A DNA stretch of 63,845 nt, the filler included. It is 4 parts of 4 records of this genome, joined end to end, with 100 filler letters (N's around TTAATTAATTAA, not from the genome) between each part and the next. Parts side by side here need not be neighbours in the genome. Positions count along the whole stretch, not along the records: positions 14,205 to 40,894 come from SRR22947727_1300; 3 more parts are not named here. One strand, 5' to 3'. Below, in pieces: positions 18,632 through 28,533 of the stretch; position 1 is the first letter of the stretch, and each line of letters begins with the position of its first letter. Made by a program: the position numbers and the translations under genes. A model generated the notes under the pieces. That model did not search any database. It was not told the origin of the DNA and saw only the letters and a program-made list of their open reading frames with translations.

Positions 18632-18868
18632 ATGAAAGTACAAGAAGTAATAATATCCGAAGCAGGGCCTGCCAGTAAAGCATTGTGTAGAAGCAAAAAA
18701 CCTGATCATGCACTGGGTGCCAGTCAGTTGGCAAGTTGTAAAAGTCAAGGTTACAGAAAACGTTCAGGAAAAAAATCTTACAAGATTGGCAAGAAGAGAG
18801 TTTATGTTTCTGGAAAGAAGATTAAAGGCGAGCCATACGGCGGACCATTACCATTGTATAGTAAATGA
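18632..18868 (+). CDS. Small basic protein, putative internal head protein
   Basis: N-terminus MKVQEVIISE; Lys-rich; TAAATA 5 nt upstream. Confidence 0.6.
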   Translation: MKVQEVIISEAGPASKALCRSKKPDHALGASQLASCKSQGYRKRSGKKSYKIGKKRVYVSGKKIKGEPYGGPLPLYSK

Positions 18869-19419
18869 GAACATCGATAACAGGATCTAAATGGCAAAAT
18901 AAGATACTAATCTCTACTCCCAAAATGGGACAGGATAGTACATTTGCAAGAAGTGTAGTATTTGTATATGAAGAGTCTCCGCAACATGTGGCAGGACTTG
19001 TTATTAATAAACCCACAAGAACAAAATTAAAAAAGATATTAGAATCTAAAGGATTTGCAACAGTTGACATGAAGGACCTAGTTTACCAAGGTGGACCAGT
19101 AAACCAAGAAAGTATTTTATTACTACACACAGACGAATGGAGTTGTAAGAACACTCTTAAATTGGGTAACGGATTCAGTTTAACAAGTGATGCTCAGATG
19201 TTAAAAAAATTACACGAAGAAGATTCACCAGACGAATGGAGATGTTTTAGTGGATTAAGTGTGTGGTCACCAGGACAATTAGAAGGAGAAATCAACAGCA
19301 AGTGTTGGTTGACTGCAGAACCATCAGAAGAATTGCTTTTAAACACTCCTATTGAACAGATTTATGAAAAAGCAATTAAAATCTGCTCACAACAAACATT
19401 CAACAAATACATAGATTAA
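18865..19419 (+). CDS. YqgE/AlgH (DUF179) family protein
   Basis: FARSVV, GLVINKP, YQGGPV, WSPGQLEGEI. Confidence 0.88.
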   Translation: MRTSITGSKWQNKILISTPKMGQDSTFARSVVFVYEESPQHVAGLVINKPTRTKLKKILESKGFATVDMKDLVYQGGPVNQESILLLHTDEWSCKNTLKLGNGFSLTSDAQMLKKLHEEDSPDEWRCFSGLSVWSPGQLEGEINSKCWLTAEPSEELLLNTPIEQIYEKAIKICSQQTFNKYID

Positions 19420-19444
19420 ACTGAGTAGTTAACTAAATACTGAT

Positions 19445-20623
19445 ATGCTTTCAGTTAATCCTTTTCAGGACATCATCAACAATCTCAAAGAGTCTGGAAA
19501 TTACAGAGTTTTCAATGACATTCTTCGTGAGAGAGGTGAATACCCAAATGCTATATGGTATGGCAAATACAATATTAAAAATATTGTGAATTGGTGTTCA
19601 AATGATTACCTAGGTATGGGTCAACATAAGGTGGTTCTAGATGCTATGCATACTGCATTGGATCAAACAGGTGCAGGCTCTGGTGGGACTAGGAACATAG
19701 GTGGAACCAGTCACTACCATGTAGCACTTGAAATTGAATTGGCTAAACTGCACAGCACTGAGTCGGCATTACTTTTCAGTTCTGCCTACGTTGCAAACGA
19801 ATGGAGCCTAATTGCATTAAAACGCATCATTCCTGATATTGTGTTTATTAGTGACAGCAAGAATCATGCTTCATTAATACAAGGTATCAGACATAGTGGT
19901 GCTGAGAAACATATTTTCAAACACAATGATCTCGAGCAATTGGAATCTATACTCAAAACCTGTAAAGGCACACCTTGTATTGTCTTTGAATCTGTGTATA
20001 GCATGGATGGGTTCATGAGTAAAATTACGGAAATCTGTGACCTAGCAGAAAAGTATGGTGCTATCACATATCTTGATGAGGTTCACGCAGTCGGCTTGTA
20101 TGGAAATAAAGGCGGAGGTGTTACTCAGAAATTAGATCTACAAGATCGAATAGATATTCTGAATGGTACACTTGGTAAAGCCTTTGGCACACAGGGAGGT
20201 TACATCGTTGGTAAGTCTGTTGTTTTAGACGCAATACGTTCTGTTGCCTCGGGCTTTATCTTTACAACTTCAATGAGTCCTGTGATTTGTGCAGGAGCAT
20301 TGGCAAGTGTCAAATACGTTTCAGACAACAACGATTTAAGAATAAAACATCAAGAAAGAGCAAACAGACTTAAAGATATTTTTCAACAGAAAAACATTCC
20401 AATGATTGAAAACGAAACTCACATAGTTCCGGTTCATGTTGGAGAGGCTAAGAAGTGTAAAGCAATCAGCGATACACTGATAAATGAATATGGAATATAT
20501 TGTCAAGCAATAAATTATCCAACAGTTGAAGTAGGCACAGAGCGACTACGTTTTGCCCCGACACCGTTCCATACAGATGCAATGATGCATGATTTAAGAG
20601 ACGCTCTAGAAAAGGTACTATAA
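19445..20623 (+). CDS. hemA: 5-aminolevulinate synthase (Shemin/C4 pathway)
   Basis: [45 protein letters not shown] lysine [19 protein letters not shown]. Confidence 0.95.
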   Translation: MLSVNPFQDIINNLKESGNYRVFNDILRERGEYPNAIWYGKYNIKNIVNWCSNDYLGMGQHKVVLDAMHTALDQTGAGSGGTRNIGGTSHYHVALEIELAKLHSTESALLFSSAYVANEWSLIALKRIIPDIVFISDSKNHASLIQGIRHSGAEKHIFKHNDLEQLESILKTCKGTPCIVFESVYSMDGFMSKITEICDLAEKYGAITYLDEVHAVGLYGNKGGGVTQKLDLQDRIDILNGTLGKAFGTQGGYIVGKSVVLDAIRSVASGFIFTTSMSPVICAGALASVKYVSDNNDLRIKHQERANRLKDIFQQKNIPMIENETHIVPVHVGEAKKCKAISDTLINEYGIYCQAINYPTVEVGTERLRFAPTPFHTDAMMHDLRDALEKVL

Positions 20624-21042
20624 TGAATAAGATAAAAAAATATTTGTATCAAGCATTGGGATTTCTATGTGTGGGTATTGCCTACATAGGTTTTGTTACT
20701 CCAGGAATACCATTCTCGATATTTTTAGTGGTTGCCGCTTGGGCATTTGCAAAGAGTTCACCTAAGATGGAGGCTTGGTTGTATAACCATCCATGGTTTG
20801 GTAAATTCTTAACCAACTGGACAAAGAAAAGAGTATTTCCTATAAAAGGAAAATACGCAATGATATTAGTAATGAGTTCCACTTTAGCATTTACTTGGTA
20901 TTTCACAGGTAATATGAAAGCAGTATTATGGTCAGGCATATCCATGGCACTAGTGGCTGTTTGGGCATGGCGTTATCCTTCTACTGTAGAAGAACACAAT
21001 GCCAGAGTGAAAGCAGGCAAGAAGATTGGTTGGCTAAAATAA
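20623..21042 (+). CDS. ybaN: YbaN/DUF454 family inner-membrane protein
   Basis: GFVTPGIP...AAWAFAKSSPKMEAWLYNHPWFG. Confidence 0.85.
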   Translation: MNKIKKYLYQALGFLCVGIAYIGFVTPGIPFSIFLVVAAWAFAKSSPKMEAWLYNHPWFGKFLTNWTKKRVFPIKGKYAMILVMSSTLAFTWYFTGNMKAVLWSGISMALVAVWAWRYPSTVEEHNARVKAGKKIGWLK

Positions 21043-21045
21043 TAT

Positions 21046-21624
21046 GTGTTTAAAAGAATAGAAAACGTATTATCAGAAGCAGACTACAATCAATTACACG
21101 ATACATTATCATCGTTCCAATTTGACTGGCACTACTTGCCATCATCTGTGCCACCAGATGTAATAGATGTTGTAAGTAAATCAAACTCATTTAACTTATA
21201 CGAGCCTGGACAATTTGTTCACATGTTCTACGATCAAAAACCGTTGAGTCCTTACTGGAAGTTGGTCGAACCTATTTTGAAATCACTAGATAAACCGGTG
21301 GTAGAGATGGGCAGAATCAAAGCCAATTTATTGATGCAGAATAACAGCGATAATCATGCTGTGAATTGTCCACATGTGGATAGAGATCGAGAAGGTTGGC
21401 ACAGTTTAATATATTATCTTAACGACTCCGATGGTGACACTGTATTGTTTGATAAAAAAGGCAATCAAGGCTGGGATAATTTACAAGTTCAAGACACAGT
21501 AACACCTAAGAAAAATACTGCTGTGCTGTTTGAAAGCGATCAGTATCATGCCGGAACGAATCCTATTGACAACACCAGACGAATTGTGTTAAACTTTATT
21601 TTAAAATTTAAAAATGTTATTTAA
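21046..21624 (+). CDS. 2OG-Fe(II) oxygenase superfamily protein
   Basis: HVD, IYYLNDSDGDT, H...RIVLN. Confidence 0.85.
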   Translation: MFKRIENVLSEADYNQLHDTLSSFQFDWHYLPSSVPPDVIDVVSKSNSFNLYEPGQFVHMFYDQKPLSPYWKLVEPILKSLDKPVVEMGRIKANLLMQNNSDNHAVNCPHVDRDREGWHSLIYYLNDSDGDTVLFDKKGNQGWDNLQVQDTVTPKKNTAVLFESDQYHAGTNPIDNTRRIVLNFILKFKNVI

Positions 21625-21646
21625 AAAATGACTGATAAATATTAGT

Positions 21647-21877
21647 ATGGATGATCATCGTATGCACATGGAAGAAATTAACCTAGTCGATTTATACCAA
21701 GAAGAAATTGATTTTCTTAATCAACAAAACAACTCGTTAGAAAAATCTACAGATCCTATAGACCAAAGACAGTGCTGGAAAAACGAAATTGTGATTCAAT
21801 ATTTCAAAAGAAGAATTGATGAAGAATTAGATATACAAGGTCAATTCAGAGCTCAATTGCCTAAAACTTTACATTAA
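21647..21877 (+). CDS. Phage hypothetical protein
   Basis: 76-aa ORF; TAAATA 5 nt upstream. Confidence 0.6.
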   Translation: MDDHRMHMEEINLVDLYQEEIDFLNQQNNSLEKSTDPIDQRQCWKNEIVIQYFKRRIDEELDIQGQFRAQLPKTLH

Positions 21878-22284
21878 TCGCAACTGCTGATAACTTTAAG
21901 ATACATGGAATCGTATTCCCAGTTAACACCGTGAACTTCCAATAGATATTTTTTTTGAAGTGGATATATTTCTGCTTCAGATTGAGCTATACAATCAAAC
22001 TTGGTGCCCACAGCATCATTCAAATCGTGTACATAATGCATTAACTCATGCATCAATACACCTTTGTCAAACACATTGAACATATTAAAAGTGTCTTTAA
22101 GATATATGGTGTCTGTGCTAGGATCATACAAAGCATGGATCTCACTGTCTGGTACGACATGACCAAAGTGCATTTGATTTAAACTGCTTTGACTCACCAT
22201 CTTTATTGCCGGATGTGGAATCAGAGTGTTGTAATCTGTTTCTGCACCAATCCACAATAATATAAAAGCAACCAATGTTTTCAT
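21874..22284 (-). CDS. HExxH zincin-like protein (DUF6647-like)
   Basis: ALYD....TIYL, LMHELMHYVH, C....EAEIY; start ATG 22284 with TAAATA 5 nt upstream. Confidence 0.7.
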   Translation of the reverse strand: MKTLVAFILLWIGAETDYNTLIPHPAIKMVSQSSLNQMHFGHVVPDSEIHALYDPSTDTIYLKDTFNMFNVFDKGVLMHELMHYVHDLNDAVGTKFDCIAQSEAEIYPLQKKYLLEVHGVNWEYDSMYLKVISSCD

Positions 22285-22417
22285 GCAAATATTTAAAATA
22301 AACAAGGTGTTTATTTTAGTGTCTTTTAAGTTATGTGAGTAGTTAATCCTTAATAGTATCTGATTATAATAACAGCATACTTTATTAAATATTAGTATAT
22401 TAAAAGAGGGCAACTAC

Positions 22418-25400
22418 ATGGCAATTTTTACAGATCCGTTAGCAATTGGGAAAATTACCACAGCCGAACAACCGTTCACAATTCAACGTGGTAATGAAAC
22501 GATAGAATTAAGCGAAGGTGATTTCATCTATCTAGATGACATGATCAGTGCTGGCGGAACTGCTGTGGGTATTGCTTTCGCAGATGAGACCACAATGTCC
22601 GTTGACCCAAACAGCACCATGGTCATAGATGATTTCGTGTACGATCCCGAGAATCCAACGGTGGGATCTATGAATGCCAATGTACTAGAAGGTAACTTCT
22701 CATTCGTCTCAGGACAGATTGCTAAAACAGGCGCTGACGCAATGAAGGTGACTACACCTGTATTAACAATTGGCGTAAGAGGTACACAGGTAGCGGGTAA
22801 AGCCAACACAGACGGTGAAGAAAATGAAATAGTATTGTTACCGAATGAAGATGGTTCAGTTGGACAAGTGATGATTAAAAACGATTCCGGTGAGGTGTTG
22901 TTGACAGAGGCATACCAAGCAACCATTATCACTGATCCATACACTGTACCAACAGTTCCAGTGATATTGTCAAAAGACGTAGTGCTTAAAAAGTTTGCGA
23001 AAACAATCGCAACAACTAAAAAAACAGAAGCCAAAGCAAAGGTGGAAAGGGATACCGAAGAAGCCACCAAAGAAAAAGCAGAAGCAGAAAAAGAAGGCGA
23101 GGAACTGGAAGAAGAGAAAGAACAACTAGAAGAAGAAAAAGAACAACTGGAAGAGGAAGCCGAGGAACTTGAAGAAAAATCTGAGGAACTGGAAGAGGAG
23201 GCAGAGGAACTTGAAGGAGAAGCCAAAGAGTTGGACGAGAAAGAAGAAAAGGTTTTAGAAGAAAAAGAACAAGCAGAGGAAAAGAAAGAGGAAGTTGCTG
23301 AGGAGATTGAGGAGTTGGCAGAAAAATTGGAAGAAGCACCCATCGAGGAAAGAGAAAAGATCGAACAAGAACTGCAACAGTTGGAAGAAGAATTCATAGA
23401 GATCGAAGAAGAGGTACAACAGATCGAACAAGAAATTGAAGTGGTTGCTCAAGAGAAAGCAGTTGTGGAACAAAAAGTTCAAGAGATAGAAAAAGAATTT
23501 GCCGAAATCAAAGAGGACTTCGCAGACATAGAAGCCAAAGTAGAGTTTGTAGAAAAAGAAGTGCTACAGGTTATCGAAAAGGAACTAGTGATTGAGCAAA
23601 GAGTTCTGGCTGTGGAACAGAGATTCGAGGCCATCGTACAAAACTTTGAAAAATTCCAAGAGGAATTCGTACAAGAGTTTGAAGAATTCATACCAGTGGA
23701 AGAGATGCAACAGTTCAAAGAAGAAGCACCACAGGACATGATGCGTGACGTACAGGAGAACGTCATGAAAGAATTCAATGAAGTGGTGGAAGCACCACAA
23801 GAGATCATGGAGGAGGAACCCAAAGACATCTTCGCTGAGGAGAACGTGGAAGAGCAGATGCAGGAGATGGAAAACAACGAAGAATTCCAGGAATTTGAAA
23901 AGATGATGGAAGAGGAAATGGCACCAGAGGGATTCAATGAGAGCGATGATGTGTTCAAGGTGGATGAGAAAAATCAAGTCGATGATCAAGCAGTGGAACA
24001 GTTCATACAGGAAGAAAAAGAGAAAGCACTGATGGAGGATCCCATAGCACAGGAGATGGACAACTTCTTCCAGGAGATGGATCCCGACAATAAAAAGATC
24101 GACCAACAGGTCAAAGACATGATTGTGATAGAATCCCAGAACATAAATGAATGGTTCGATGGTGCTGGTGCAGGCATCAACAACGCTGATGATTTTTACG
24201 CCCTAGAGGATAACGGTTATTGGGACATGATAGACAACAACGAGGACGCCTACTACGATGCCATAGAGGCAGATGCCATCATGGATCAGTTCATGTACGA
24301 CATGGCGGAGGAGCAGAACATCAACGTGGCCCCATGGTTGCAGATGCCCAACGCAGTCACGGTCAATGAAAATCTGGCAGTGAACGAGACTCTGGAATAC
24401 GTGTATGGATCAGATGCAAACAATGACCAACTGACGTTTTCGATATTTGATGATCCCACTGGCAAGTTGAAAATAGTAGGCAACAGGATAACATTGGACT
24501 CGGCATTCTCAGTGACCGAAGACACTACCTACACCATACTGTTGAAGGTGCAAGATCCATATGGTGCGTCAGACATAGACTCATGGCAGATCACCGTGGA
24601 GAACAACCACTCACCCGAGATATCCAACACCAGTGCTGTGTCACTGGGAGAGGATGACAGTATAGGCACAGCAGTGGCAACCATATCGGCCTCGGACGAA
24701 GAGAGCGAGACAATCACATACGCAATCACGGCGGGCAACACAGGCAACGCATTCACAATCAATTCAAGCACGGGTGCGATCACAACCGCGGCGGCGCTGG
24801 ACTACACGGCCACAGCCAGTTACACACTGACAATAACTGCCACTGACGCATGGGGCAACGCAACCACTACCACACAGACGGTGAACGTCACAGAAGGGGA
24901 AGGTGATGGGATTGCAAGTTCATGGGTCACAGCAGGAGATGGTTCAGCGGGTGCATACAAACAGAAGATCGGATACGTAGGAACGGGAGATGGTGCTGGC
25001 ATAATCACAGCACTGGGACACACTGCGGAGGCCTACGATGCCAACAACCTTGACACCTATGACGTGATAGCATACTACAATTCCTCCAACGGTCAGTTTT
25101 ACCCCAGTCCATTCAGCACGGCACTGACCACTTGGGTCGATGATGGTGGTGTGTTGGTGGTGTATGACAGATGGGTCAATGATGCAGGACTGGACACCAA
25201 CCTGCCGGGACACAATGGCAACGCCACGACAGTTAGAGATTCATCAGGCGATGATGCCGCGGCATATAATATAGTGGATGAAAGCACCTCCAACCTGCTC
25301 AAATACGGACCGGGTGGTATCATGGTGGACGACTCATCTGCGTTTAACGATGATCCAGGAGGAGATCACTCCGGTAACAACCACTTAGGCACTTTCAACA

Positions 25401-25999
25401 TAGGTGGCGGTCACGCAACCAACCACGGATACATGACAAATCTTGACTCGGACGTGTTGGGATTGGCCACACGTGACAATAGTAACGAATACATTGATGC
25501 GGTATGGTCTTACGGATCAGGTGCTGTGTACTACTCCACAACACCAACGGACCACTACATCGGTACCAACTTTGCGGAGAATGACGCTTGGGACGCCTAC
25601 GCACTGAACAGCCTGCACTACGCAACCAGTTTGATATTCGACGGATACAGCCAGATAGATGGCACCAGTTCAGCAGATCAATTGTATGGAACCGCTGGCG
25701 ATGATGTGTTCTGGAGCAAGGACGGCGCAGACGAGATATGGTCAGGCAATGGATCAGACACATTCCTGTACACACAGACCTATCAGACTGATCCCGGATC
25801 AAACGATGTGATACTGGACTTCGACTATCAGAACGACAAGATTGACATCAGTGCCATAACAGGTGGGGCAAGTGTCTCGAGGACATTGACCAACGGCACA
25901 CTGTTCAAACTGGACACGGACAACAACGGCACATACGAGATGCAATGGGATCTGGATGACTACACAGGCACAGCAGACCAGGTGACCGTGATAACATAA
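22418..25999 (+). CDS. T1SS cargo: FecR domain + acidic coiled coil + cadherin repeats + RTX/Ca-binding C-terminus
   Basis: FecR signature (FADETTMSV.PNS.MVIDDFVYDP; VTTPVLTIGVRGT); EELEEEK heptads; cadherin YAITAGN..NAFTINSSTGAITT...LDY; GTAGDD/DGADEIWSGNGSDTF/NDVILDF; no signal peptide. Confidence 0.85.
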   Translation: MAIFTDPLAIGKITTAEQPFTIQRGNETIELSEGDFIYLDDMISAGGTAVGIAFADETTMSVDPNSTMVIDDFVYDPENPTVGSMNANVLEGNFSFVSGQIAKTGADAMKVTTPVLTIGVRGTQVAGKANTDGEENEIVLLPNEDGSVGQVMIKNDSGEVLLTEAYQATIITDPYTVPTVPVILSKDVVLKKFAKTIATTKKTEAKAKVERDTEEATKEKAEAEKEGEELEEEKEQLEEEKEQLEEEAEELEEKSEELEEEAEELEGEAKELDEKEEKVLEEKEQAEEKKEEVAEEIEELAEKLEEAPIEEREKIEQELQQLEEEFIEIEEEVQQIEQEIEVVAQEKAVVEQKVQEIEKEFAEIKEDFADIEAKVEFVEKEVLQVIEKELVIEQRVLAVEQRFEAIVQNFEKFQEEFVQEFEEFIPVEEMQQFKEEAPQDMMRDVQENVMKEFNEVVEAPQEIMEEEPKDIFAEENVEEQMQEMENNEEFQEFEKMMEEEMAPEGFNESDDVFKVDEKNQVDDQAVEQFIQEEKEKALMEDPIAQEMDNFFQEMDPDNKKIDQQVKDMIVIESQNINEWFDGAGAGINNADDFYALEDNGYWDMIDNNEDAYYDAIEADAIMDQFMYDMAEEQNINVAPWLQMPNAVTVNENLAVNETLEYVYGSDANNDQLTFSIFDDPTGKLKIVGNRITLDSAFSVTEDTTYTILLKVQDPYGASDIDSWQITVENNHSPEISNTSAVSLGEDDSIGTAVATISASDEESETITYAITAGNTGNAFTINSSTGAITTAAALDYTATASYTLTITATDAWGNATTTTQTVNVTEGEGDGIASSWVTAGDGSAGAYKQKIGYVGTGDGAGIITALGHTAEAYDANNLDTYDVIAYYNSSNGQFYPSPFSTALTTWVDDGGVLVVYDRWVNDAGLDTNLPGHNGNATTVRDSSGDDAAAYNIVDESTSNLLKYGPGGIMVDDSSAFNDDPGGDHSGNNHLGTFNIGGGHATNHGYMTNLDSDVLGLATRDNSNEYIDAVWSYGSGAVYYSTTPTDHYIGTNFAENDAWDAYALNSLHYATSLIFDGYSQIDGTSSADQLYGTAGDDVFWSKDGADEIWSGNGSDTFLYTQTYQTDPGSNDVILDFDYQNDKIDISAITGGASVSRTLTNGTLFKLDTDNNGTYEMQWDLDDYTGTADQVTVIT
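23099..23230 (+). repeat. About six degenerate 21-nt tandem repeats encoding EELEEEx heptads
   Basis: GA(G/A)(G/C)AACT(G/A/T)GAAGA.. units repeating every 21 nt. Confidence 0.7.
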
Positions 26000-26016
26000 T
26001 AAATACTGGTAATATA

Positions 26017-27753
26017 ATGAAAACTCTAATACATTACACACTGATAGCAATGATGCTCAACTGGAACATAGCCGTCTTTGCGGAAGACAGTGGAGGGTGT
26101 GAATGGGAAGTAGTGGAAGTAACTGAAACTTATATTCAAGAGAAGTGTGGAGACAATCAAGTAAGAATTAAGTCCAAACCTATTGAAGGCATGAACATTG
26201 AGATAGTTGAAGCACCCAAAAATAAAAAAAACAATCCCATAAAAGAATTCAAAGACAAAGTAGAAAAGGCTCCCAAAGTTATTGAGAAAGTTGAAAAACT
26301 TGAGAAGATAGAACAGGAAGTCATAGCCACAGAAGATAAAGTTAAAGAACATATTGAGAAAAAGAAACTGGCAGAAACACCTGTTGCAGAAACAACAAAC
26401 CCCAAAGTTAAAAAAGAAATTGCTAAAAAACAAGTGGACATTAAATCAGATGAAAAACTGGTAAAACAAGCCACAGAAAAAGCATGGTCAGATGTTGACG
26501 CTGATCAAAAAATTACATGGATGCAGTTCCATGAATTGCTACCAAGACTGATCGTTGAGAATGAAAAGATCAAAGCGGCTGAACTAGATTACGAAGCGGC
26601 TGTTGAAGCATTAAAATCAGAATACACAGCATACTATCCTCAGGTTTCTGTATCAATTGGCAACAACTGGGAAGATGATAGAACTCCTGCAAAAGGTACA
26701 TATCCCAACAACACAATCACACACGATTCTAAACAGGGCATACAAAAATCAATCACAGTCACACAGATGATCTGGGACGCAGGCAGAACCACTGCCATGA
26801 TAGACAAAGCCAAAGCAACTGCTCAACAGGCACACTATAGATTGGAACTTACAAAAGAAGATGTTGTAATAGAGGCAATCAATGCTTGGTTAAATTTACA
26901 AAAGGCTTACAACACACACGAAGCGAATAAAAAAATAGAAGCCAATGCTAAAGTTACATTGTCTATGACAATAGAAAAAGTGAAAAAAGGCGAAGGTTCT
27001 AAACTTGAACAATTACAAATTGAACAACAGTACAGAACATATCAAACTCTTTCAATGACAAGTAGATTGGGATTAGACAGTGCTATACAAAGATTTCAAA
27101 ACGTTTGGAGATTCAAACCACACAACATCGCAGGCATGCCAAAACCTTTGGCAGATGCACTTGGTATAATTCCTGTACAAGGAACTCCAGTGTCCAACAA
27201 CACAACACTGCGTATTGCCAGCATGGATGTTACTATTGCTCAAGAACAATTAAATTTTGATAGAGCAGAATTTAAACCAAGAGTGGACGGCAAACTGTCT
27301 TACACAGAGAAGGACGGTGAACTGGCAGGTGGATATGATACAAGTAATTCGCAGAAAGAAGAATGGAGAGCAGACATCACCATGACATGGAAGTTATTCA
27401 ATTTCAAGAACAGACACATGACCAATGCAGACCGTTCTCGTTTGAATGCCGCTAACTTTAGATATTCTAATGTGTTAAGAACCACACAGGAACAGTTCAA
27501 TAACGCATGGAACAACTACGTGTTGGTTGAAAAGAATCTAGCCACTCTGAAGAGAACAGTTGAGATAAATCAAGAAATGTACAAACTCACACTGGCAGAC
27601 TTCCAAGCAGGTAACTCACCCATAATGGCGGTGTTTGGTATGAAGACAGCACACTTAATGAGTGAGGTTGCGTATCTAAACGCACAGATAGATTGGCAGA
27701 TAGCAAGATATCAACTGCACAAGGTGTTAGGTGTTGTAGACCCACTTCTATAA
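26017..27753 (+). CDS. TolC-family outer membrane channel with Lys/Glu-rich N-terminal extension
   Basis: Signal peptide; AYYPQVSV, TQMIWDAGRT, AEFKPRVD, ADITMTWKLFN, YQLHKVLG outer-membrane efflux pattern. Confidence 0.87.
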   Translation: MKTLIHYTLIAMMLNWNIAVFAEDSGGCEWEVVEVTETYIQEKCGDNQVRIKSKPIEGMNIEIVEAPKNKKNNPIKEFKDKVEKAPKVIEKVEKLEKIEQEVIATEDKVKEHIEKKKLAETPVAETTNPKVKKEIAKKQVDIKSDEKLVKQATEKAWSDVDADQKITWMQFHELLPRLIVENEKIKAAELDYEAAVEALKSEYTAYYPQVSVSIGNNWEDDRTPAKGTYPNNTITHDSKQGIQKSITVTQMIWDAGRTTAMIDKAKATAQQAHYRLELTKEDVVIEAINAWLNLQKAYNTHEANKKIEANAKVTLSMTIEKVKKGEGSKLEQLQIEQQYRTYQTLSMTSRLGLDSAIQRFQNVWRFKPHNIAGMPKPLADALGIIPVQGTPVSNNTTLRIASMDVTIAQEQLNFDRAEFKPRVDGKLSYTEKDGELAGGYDTSNSQKEEWRADITMTWKLFNFKNRHMTNADRSRLNAANFRYSNVLRTTQEQFNNAWNNYVLVEKNLATLKRTVEINQEMYKLTLADFQAGNSPIMAVFGMKTAHLMSEVAYLNAQIDWQIARYQLHKVLGVVDPLL

Positions 27754-27783
27754 TATTGTCAAATCAATTAAATACTACTATAT

Positions 27784-28533
27784 ATGACAAGTTTTTTACG
27801 ACAATTATTCCGCGATAAATCAAACGCCATAATGCTATTAACAAGCAGTTTGATCATTGCCATCTGTGCGTTGGCTCCGGCCTTGTTTGTGATTATTGTG
27901 TTGAACAAGTATCTAGCATCTGGAGTTACATCCACCCTGATATCTTTGGGTGTGGGTGCCATACTATTGTTGGCATTTGAATTTGGTTTCAGACAGAACA
28001 GAGCAGGCATGATACAGCAGTTGAACATTAGGATATTCACTCCATTGTTGAATGCATATGCAAAAAAGATTAAAGAAACTCAGATCACAGGAGAACAGTT
28101 TAAAAGATTAGAAGTTGCAGGTGGAACAATTAAGGGTGCAACCGGTTCCAGCATTACTGGTTGGATATTGGATTGGCCATTTGTGTTGGCATTTCTTATT
28201 GTGCTACTCTATATCAATTGGACAGCGGCTTTGATTGCTGGGATATTCATGATCATCATGATGGTGTTAACAGCACAGAGATTGAATCTCAGTCTACAAC
28301 AGGACAGCACAGCAAATTTAGAAATATTTTTAACAGGACTAATGACAGTGGTCATCATGTCAGTGGGTGCGACACAAATTATCGCAGGTTCATTGGACGT
28401 GGGATTATTAATAGGTTCCAACATATTGGCGGCAAGAGCACTGCAAGGTGCTAACAAATATGCCAAAGCAAAGGAGGCAATAGAAAAACGTGACCGAGCA
28501 ACAGCAGAAATCATCAATTTCATCAAACAATAA
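27784..28533 (+). CDS. T1SS ABC transporter transmembrane domain only (no nucleotide-binding domain)
   Basis: ALAPALFVIIVLNKYL, FEFGFRQ.R, LDWPF, GATQIIAGSLDVGLLIGSNILAARAL typical of T1SS ABC membrane domains; no Walker A/B. Confidence 0.8.
   Translation: MTSFLRQLFRDKSNAIMLLTSSLIIAICALAPALFVIIVLNKYLASGVTSTLISLGVGAILLLAFEFGFRQNRAGMIQQLNIRIFTPLLNAYAKKIKETQITGEQFKRLEVAGGTIKGATGSSITGWILDWPFVLAFLIVLLYINWTAALIAGIFMIIMMVLTAQRLNLSLQQDSTANLEIFLTGLMTVVIMSVGATQIIAGSLDVGLLIGSNILAARALQGANKYAKAKEAIEKRDRATAEIINFIKQ

Noticed and set aside
23099-23230. Regular repeats as a possible CRISPR array
   Set aside because: In-frame degenerate coding heptads with no unique spacers and no cas genes
22528-24183. Long Ser/Phe/Leu-rich minus-strand ORFs
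   Set aside because: Antisense shadows of the Glu-rich GAA repeats in the cargo gene
22418-25999. Diversity-generating retroelement acting on the adhesin
   Set aside because: No reverse transcriptase or template/variable repeat pair was seen
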